Source of the DNA: a virus
DNA length: 64,000 nucleotides
Strand: one strand, 5' to 3'
Virus record (IMG/VR): IMGVR_UViG_3300025888_000011
Coordinates: 64,001-128,000 of that record
Shown: piece after piece, positions 58,962 to 64,000 of the stretch
Numbering within the stretch: position 1 is the first letter of the stretch
Layout of the letters: each line of letters opens with the position of its first letter
The notes under the pieces: model-generated
Told to the model about the DNA's origin: nothing
The model's database searches: none
What the model saw: the letters and a program-made list of their open reading frames with translations, nothing else
Program-made: the position numbers and the translations under genes

Positions 58962-60569
58962 ATGGGTCTATTAACGAAAATGGTAAAGACAAAATGGAAT
59001 AAAACGAATAAAAAATATTATCAAGAATTAGGTTATACATATACTAAAATAAAAGATGAGTTTGATGTAAAAGTTAACCATCTATCAAAATGGAGTAAAA
59101 TTAATGTTGAAGTTAAATGTGATGGTGAGAATTGTGGAAAAACAATATTAGTTCAATGGACAAATTATAATATACATGTTCAAGATGATGGTAAATACTA
59201 TTGCGTACATTGTACACACCATAAGGATGAGGGGTTTATATCATTTGAGCAATGGTGTTATGATAGTTTAACGAATAAAGAGGCAAATGAAGTTTTATCT
59301 CGGTGGGATTATGATTTAAATGAATTAAAACCTAGCGAAATAAGTTTTGGAACACAAAAAAAATATTGGTTTAAATGTTTGTCTCATATAGAACATCATA
59401 GTGAATTAAAAGGTTTATCAGGTTTTAGAAGTGGACAAAAAGGAAGCCTAGATTGCAAACAATGTAATTCTTTTGCTCAATGGTGTATCAATAATAGTAG
59501 AGAAGATTGGTTAAATTTATGGGATTATGATTTGAATGACTGTTTTCCAACTGAAATAGCATATAGTAAACACATAAGATGTTATTTTAAGTGCCCAAAG
59601 GGAATACATAAAAGTGAACAAAAGAATATAAATAGCCTTACAAGTGGACATGAAGGAGGTATGGATTGCAAACAATGTAATTCTTTTGCACAATATTTAA
59701 TAGATACATACGGCGATAATGCTTTAGACTTATATTGGGATTATAAATTAAATGAAATTAGTCCATGGGAAATTAGTAAAAGTGGTAGAAAACCTGTATA
59801 TATAAAATGCCAAGATAAATTGTATCATGAAAGTTATAGGGAAAAATGTCATGATTTCTTTATAGGAAATAGATGTCCTTATTGTCATGGACTTAAAACT
59901 CACCCAAGAGATTCTTTAGGACAATACATAATAGATAATTTTGGAGTTAAATTTTTAGTGAAAATATGGAGTGATAAGAATGATATGTCTCCTTTTACAT
60001 ATAGACCAAAATCCAGTGATGAAGTATGGTGGAAATGTTTAGATGAAAAACACGAAGATTTTTATAGAAGAATAAGTGGCTCAAATATCAGTAGTTTTAG
60101 ATGTCCTGAGTGTCAATTTTCAAAAGGTGAGAAGATGATTGAAAAATGGCTAATAAAAAATGGATTTAAAAATTTAAATTTGTTTGATATGGATATATAT
60201 AATAATCACTATAATAAATATACACCTCAAAAACCATTTGATGGACTTTTAGGATTAAAAGGTGGAAGTTTAAGTTATGATTTTTACTTACCACAACATA
60301 ATCTATTGATTGAATATCAAGGTGAACAACATGAACATCCCGTAGATTTTAGAAGTGAAGGCATTGAAGTAGCAGAAGAAAATTTTATTAAACAACAAGA
60401 ACATGATAGAAGAAAAAAAGAATATGCACAAGATAATAATATAGATTTATTACCAATTTGGTATTGGGACTATGATAAGATTGATGAAATATTAAATAAA
60501 ATACATAAAAATATAGAATATTTAGATACATATAACAAATTAAAAATAGTACAGAAACGTAATAGATAA
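58962..60569 (+). CDS. Free-standing zinc-ribbon repeat / PD-(D/E)XK endonuclease (mosaic)
   Basis: WDY..WFKC..H..CKQC repeats; SKGE..LSYDFYLP..LIEYQGEQH. Confidence 0.8.
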   Translation: MGLLTKMVKTKWNKTNKKYYQELGYTYTKIKDEFDVKVNHLSKWSKINVEVKCDGENCGKTILVQWTNYNIHVQDDGKYYCVHCTHHKDEGFISFEQWCYDSLTNKEANEVLSRWDYDLNELKPSEISFGTQKKYWFKCLSHIEHHSELKGLSGFRSGQKGSLDCKQCNSFAQWCINNSREDWLNLWDYDLNDCFPTEIAYSKHIRCYFKCPKGIHKSEQKNINSLTSGHEGGMDCKQCNSFAQYLIDTYGDNALDLYWDYKLNEISPWEISKSGRKPVYIKCQDKLYHESYREKCHDFFIGNRCPYCHGLKTHPRDSLGQYIIDNFGVKFLVKIWSDKNDMSPFTYRPKSSDEVWWKCLDEKHEDFYRRISGSNISSFRCPECQFSKGEKMIEKWLIKNGFKNLNLFDMDIYNNHYNKYTPQKPFDGLLGLKGGSLSYDFYLPQHNLLIEYQGEQHEHPVDFRSEGIEVAEENFIKQQEHDRRKKEYAQDNNIDLLPIWYWDYDKIDEILNKIHKNIEYLDTYNKLKIVQKRNR

Positions 60570-60601
60570 AATAACTACATATATAATAATATAAAAAAGT
60601 A

Positions 60602-60630
60602 TTGCAATACATAGAATGTTATGGTAAAGT
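60602..60630 (+). promoter_or_regulatory. Probable SigA-type promoter
   Basis: TTGCAA-17 nt-TAAAGT with extended -10 TG. Confidence 0.5.
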
Positions 60631-61133
60631 ATTATTATAGTTAATTTGATGAGAGAAAAGTTTGTTTGCATTTTATGGAATGAATTCTCTTATCAAATTT
60701 ACAAATATAATAGAATAATATAAAATGTGCATTTCATTTGAATGTTATGCTTGATTTAAGACATTCTAAGGCATAATAAATTATTAGATATAACATTACA
60801 ACTAAACTTATTAGATTCAATACAATGGATATATGAGAGATATTTAACTATTGTGGAAGATTTAATGGGTTATATTAATAATGTTAAAATAATATAAAAT
60901 ACATAAAGTAATATAAATTTGATTATAACTTTCTATTCTAATATGCAGAGGAAAGTTTATATAGATAAAAATTAAGTGAAATAAGGCTTAGATTAAATTC
61001 TAGGTCTTTTATTACGTCCAAAATTAATAAAGATAAGTTCAAAAGAGAAAAGAAAGGTCGTCTTGACAGACAGTCAAACTAAAAAGCTTATGAATTGCTA
61101 ACTTTTAAAATTTAGTGTGAGAGGAGTATTAAT

Positions 61134-61994
61134 ATGAAAATAAATGAATTAAAATGTACTTTGAAAGATATTATAAACGACTATATTGTTTCACATGAAG
61201 AAGAATATAAAAATGGAGAGCTAAATGATTTATTAGATACAAAACTTAAAAATATTGTTAATATATATCCTAGTAAAATAACAAAAATAGGAGAGAGTCA
61301 AACACTTGAACAACATTTAAGAGGTTTATTTGAAGTGTTAAAATGGAAACAAAATATAATTTTCAATAGTGATAATATTTGCTATATATCTAATGAAGAA
61401 AGTCAAGAATTAGAAATCCATCATTTAATACCATTTGCAAGAATTGTAAAAGATACTTTAACGGAATTAAGGTTAAAACGTAAGAAATTTATAAATGAAT
61501 TTTCAGAGCAAGAAATTAATAATATATCGTTCTTATTTTTAGAAAAACATAGGAATACAATAGGTATATTAATCAAAAAGAGTCTACATATCCAGTTTCA
61601 TAAAATTTATGGAAGTTATACATATAATGAAACTGATTTCAATAACTTTGTAAAATATATAAACAAAGAAATACAATTAGATATACCTAAGATTCAAATA
61701 GAAAGAAGAAAGATGCTCTATGAATGTGATTATTACAGAGAGAACTCTGGATTAGCACATAACAGAATAGTAGATTTTGTTGATAAGGTTATAAAAAATA
61801 AAGAAGTGAGAAACATTTTAATTAATAATGGTAATTATGATTTAGAAAAAGGACTTAAAAAAAGTTATATAAAAGAATATTTAAATATTAAAACAAATAC
61901 ATTTAAAAAAGCGTTATCAAAACCATTGATGATTCAATATATATTAGACAATAAAATTGATTTATTGTCTAATAATAGATATTTAAAATTTTAA
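61134..61994 (+). CDS. HNH-type endonuclease-like protein
   Basis: CYIS..LEIHHLIPF..LHIQFHKIYG, same nuclease motif as the 10617 C-terminus. Confidence 0.65.
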   Translation: MKINELKCTLKDIINDYIVSHEEEYKNGELNDLLDTKLKNIVNIYPSKITKIGESQTLEQHLRGLFEVLKWKQNIIFNSDNICYISNEESQELEIHHLIPFARIVKDTLTELRLKRKKFINEFSEQEINNISFLFLEKHRNTIGILIKKSLHIQFHKIYGSYTYNETDFNNFVKYINKEIQLDIPKIQIERRKMLYECDYYRENSGLAHNRIVDFVDKVIKNKEVRNILINNGNYDLEKGLKKSYIKEYLNIKTNTFKKALSKPLMIQYILDNKIDLLSNNRYLKF

Positions 61995-62013
61995 AATTAG
62001 AAGGAGTAATAAT

Positions 62014-62205
62014 ATGAGTAAAGTTTATTCTAGGGGATTTGTGTTTCTATATAATGAATTGCAAAAAGACTACTATTTAGATGAGGGTTGTCCAATGGTA
62101 GATTCTAACATACATCCAATAAGTAAAAAGCAATTTTGGGTGTTTAAATATGATGATGTACAAGTAGCTTTTGATAAATGGTGTAATAGAAAACATAGCA
62201 AATAA
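62014..62205 (+). CDS. DUF5659-like small protein
   Basis: FLYN..YYL..G..IHPISKKQFWVF..FDKW; RBS AAGGAG. Confidence 0.7.
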   Translation: MSKVYSRGFVFLYNELQKDYYLDEGCPMVDSNIHPISKKQFWVFKYDDVQVAFDKWCNRKHSK

Positions 62206-62233
62206 TATAAAATTACATAATTTAGTATGAGTT

Positions 62234-62264
62234 AAGTCGTAAGAGAAATCTTATGGCTTTTGTT
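62234..62264 (+). terminator. Terminator between mini-gene and 62297 ORF
   Basis: AAGTCGTAAGA-GAAA-TCTTATGGCTT plus T-rich tail. Confidence 0.65.
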
Positions 62265-62296
62265 ATGTGAAAAATTAGTGTGAAGGAGGAACAGTA

Positions 62297-63544
62297 ATGA
62301 ATATAAAAAGCTTAACAGTAGGAATGGTAATTAAGAATTATAAATTGATGTGTGAGGTATTGGAAATTAAAGTAACTTCTGGAGCGTCTAAGCAAGCACA
62401 AATAAAAGAAATGCAGAGGTATTTTAGATTCCATAAAGAAGGAAACAAATTTGTGATTGATGAGATATTTCCAACTAAAAAAGCTAGTGTGGATAAAAGA
62501 CATGTTAATAAAGGTGGTTCTTATAATGTAACTGACTATACTAAAACTATAGAAAAATTAATACTTAATCTATTAGTACAAGATGGAAATAAAAGTGGTC
62601 TTGGATTTGGTAGAGTATTTCTAAGCAAAAATCAATTGTTAACAGAATTTAAAATGATAAATCAAAACTATGTATTTTGTAAAAGAAGAATGATGAAATT
62701 ATCTAAATTTTTAAATATACAACAAGAAACTATTGATGAATGGTATAGTTGTTCAAATGATATGTTGGAGAGGAATTTAGAATATGCTTTAAAGAGTTTA
62801 GAAAATCAATGTCTTATAACATGGACTAAGGAAATAACTGTAGTAGAAATGATTCCAATGGCAGAGATAATAGAAGATGGTACTAGAATTATTAAACATA
62901 CGACAATAGATAATTATGGTGATGAAATAGTTGATTATACATATTATGCTGATAAAACGGTAAAGTCTAATTATAGAGAAGGAACTGACAAAGAAAAAGT
63001 ATTTATAGTCGCAACAGAATTAAAAATAATGTCTGAATTGAAATGTGATGGAAAACAAATGGTTATTAAAATGGGTATGTGGGATGTATTTAAAGAAAAA
63101 GTTGATGCTATTGTATTAAAAGAATTAAATATAGCTTTCTATTACAAATCATATAAAATTTTATTCGATGAAACAAATGTTGAAAATGTTGTTGATGATA
63201 TGTATGAGGAATTTGAAATATCTAAAGATGACTTAATCAATAAAAAGAAATCTTTAAATGGTGATATAGTATGTAGATTAAATTATAATATTGAAAAAAG
63301 ATATGGCAATGCTGTGGAAGAAATATCTACAATAATGGGGACTCCTAATGACACATTTAAACACAATAGATTGATAAGAAGGTCTAGTGAAAATTATATA
63401 TCTGATAATAGTAAATTAACGAAGAGTCTTATTGAATTAGGATATAAAAATATAAAAGATAACGTCAAGAAAACAAAAATAACTATTGATAATTCTGAAG
63501 CAGACAAAATGATGGATGAATTATTTGGAAAATTAGATAATTAA
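62297..63544 (+). CDS. Hypothetical protein, possibly DNA-binding
   Basis: RBS AGGAGG; KNYKLMCEVL..GASKQAQIKE..RYF N-terminus; function not recognised. Confidence 0.6.
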   Translation: MNIKSLTVGMVIKNYKLMCEVLEIKVTSGASKQAQIKEMQRYFRFHKEGNKFVIDEIFPTKKASVDKRHVNKGGSYNVTDYTKTIEKLILNLLVQDGNKSGLGFGRVFLSKNQLLTEFKMINQNYVFCKRRMMKLSKFLNIQQETIDEWYSCSNDMLERNLEYALKSLENQCLITWTKEITVVEMIPMAEIIEDGTRIIKHTTIDNYGDEIVDYTYYADKTVKSNYREGTDKEKVFIVATELKIMSELKCDGKQMVIKMGMWDVFKEKVDAIVLKELNIAFYYKSYKILFDETNVENVVDDMYEEFEISKDDLINKKKSLNGDIVCRLNYNIEKRYGNAVEEISTIMGTPNDTFKHNRLIRRSSENYISDNSKLTKSLIELGYKNIKDNVKKTKITIDNSEADKMMDELFGKLDN

Positions 63545-63612
63545 AAGTTGCCTAATATTGAAGTCCCCTTTATATAAATTAATAATAGACATGTCAATAT
63601 TAGACAACTTTT
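63543..63612. repeat. 19-bp inverted repeat (1 mismatch), 32-nt spacer
   Basis: AAAAGTTGCCTAATATTGA ... TCAATATTAGACAACTTTT. Confidence 0.85.
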
Positions 63613-63867
63613 GACAATGACAAGTAAAACAAAAGTTCAAGAGATTCAGATTTAACATTTGACGATAGAGCTGTCAAAAGTAAAATCTCTTGTGCAAGGC
63701 TATTCGCCTTTTACAAGTTGATATTATGTTAAATTTTTTCTTTATGGTTAATCGATACAATAATATTTAATAATTGTTAGAGTATACAAATTTCCATTAA
63801 TTGTATACTCTATAGAGTTAAATTAATAAAAGAGTAAAATAAAATAACATAGAAGGTGGTTAAAAAT

Positions 63868-64000
63868 ATGTATGGTTTAACAAGAGAAAAACTAGAGAAT
63901 TTAGTAAAAGATGTTCAATTTGAATGTAAAAAATCAGAAAAATTAACTGAGGTTGAGAATTTTATTTCGGAATTATTAATAAAAAATAATTGTAATAATG
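63868..64000 (+). CDS. Hypothetical protein, runs off window end
   Basis: RBS AAGGTGG; MYGLTREKLENLVKDVQFECKK... Confidence 0.55.
   Translation, partial: MYGLTREKLENLVKDVQFECKKSEKLTEVENFISELLIKNNCNN

Noticed and set aside
1-64000. CRISPR array or other regularly spaced repeat-spacer array
   Set aside because: None seen by eye; repeats found are coding repeats or dispersed motifs

Overview
This is a very AT-rich, single-direction (+ strand) segment of a large Firmicutes phage or prophage, probably Clostridium-infecting. Gene order resembles the SPbeta late region: tRNA-Thr, NlpC/P60, HU, a split beta-CASP metallo-hydrolase, YonK-like, metallophosphoesterase, ClpP-like, terminase, portal, protease/scaffold, decoration, major capsid, head-tail joining and tail tube genes. 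A ~29 kb block of modular fibre/adhesin-like proteins follows (Ig repeats, LamG, glycine-rich, fibrinogen-like, DNRLRE domains), including a duplicated three-gene cassette, then regulators. The region carries three ORF-less group I introns (terminase, tail tube, a small putative structural gene) and eight free-standing HNH or PD-(D/E)XK endonuclease-like genes. The main candidate for something undescribed is a three-way-junction RNA leader found in front of three different endonuclease genes. In each copy its P3 hairpin is complementary to the gene's own Shine-Dalgarno region and to an upstream decoy copy. Three other endonucleases are instead preceded by a DUF5659-like mini-gene plus terminator. 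Also notable is an in-frame 6-nt stop-containing insertion exactly inside the HxHxDH motif of the beta-CASP gene. All family assignments are by motif recognition and gene order only; no searches or folding programs were run.
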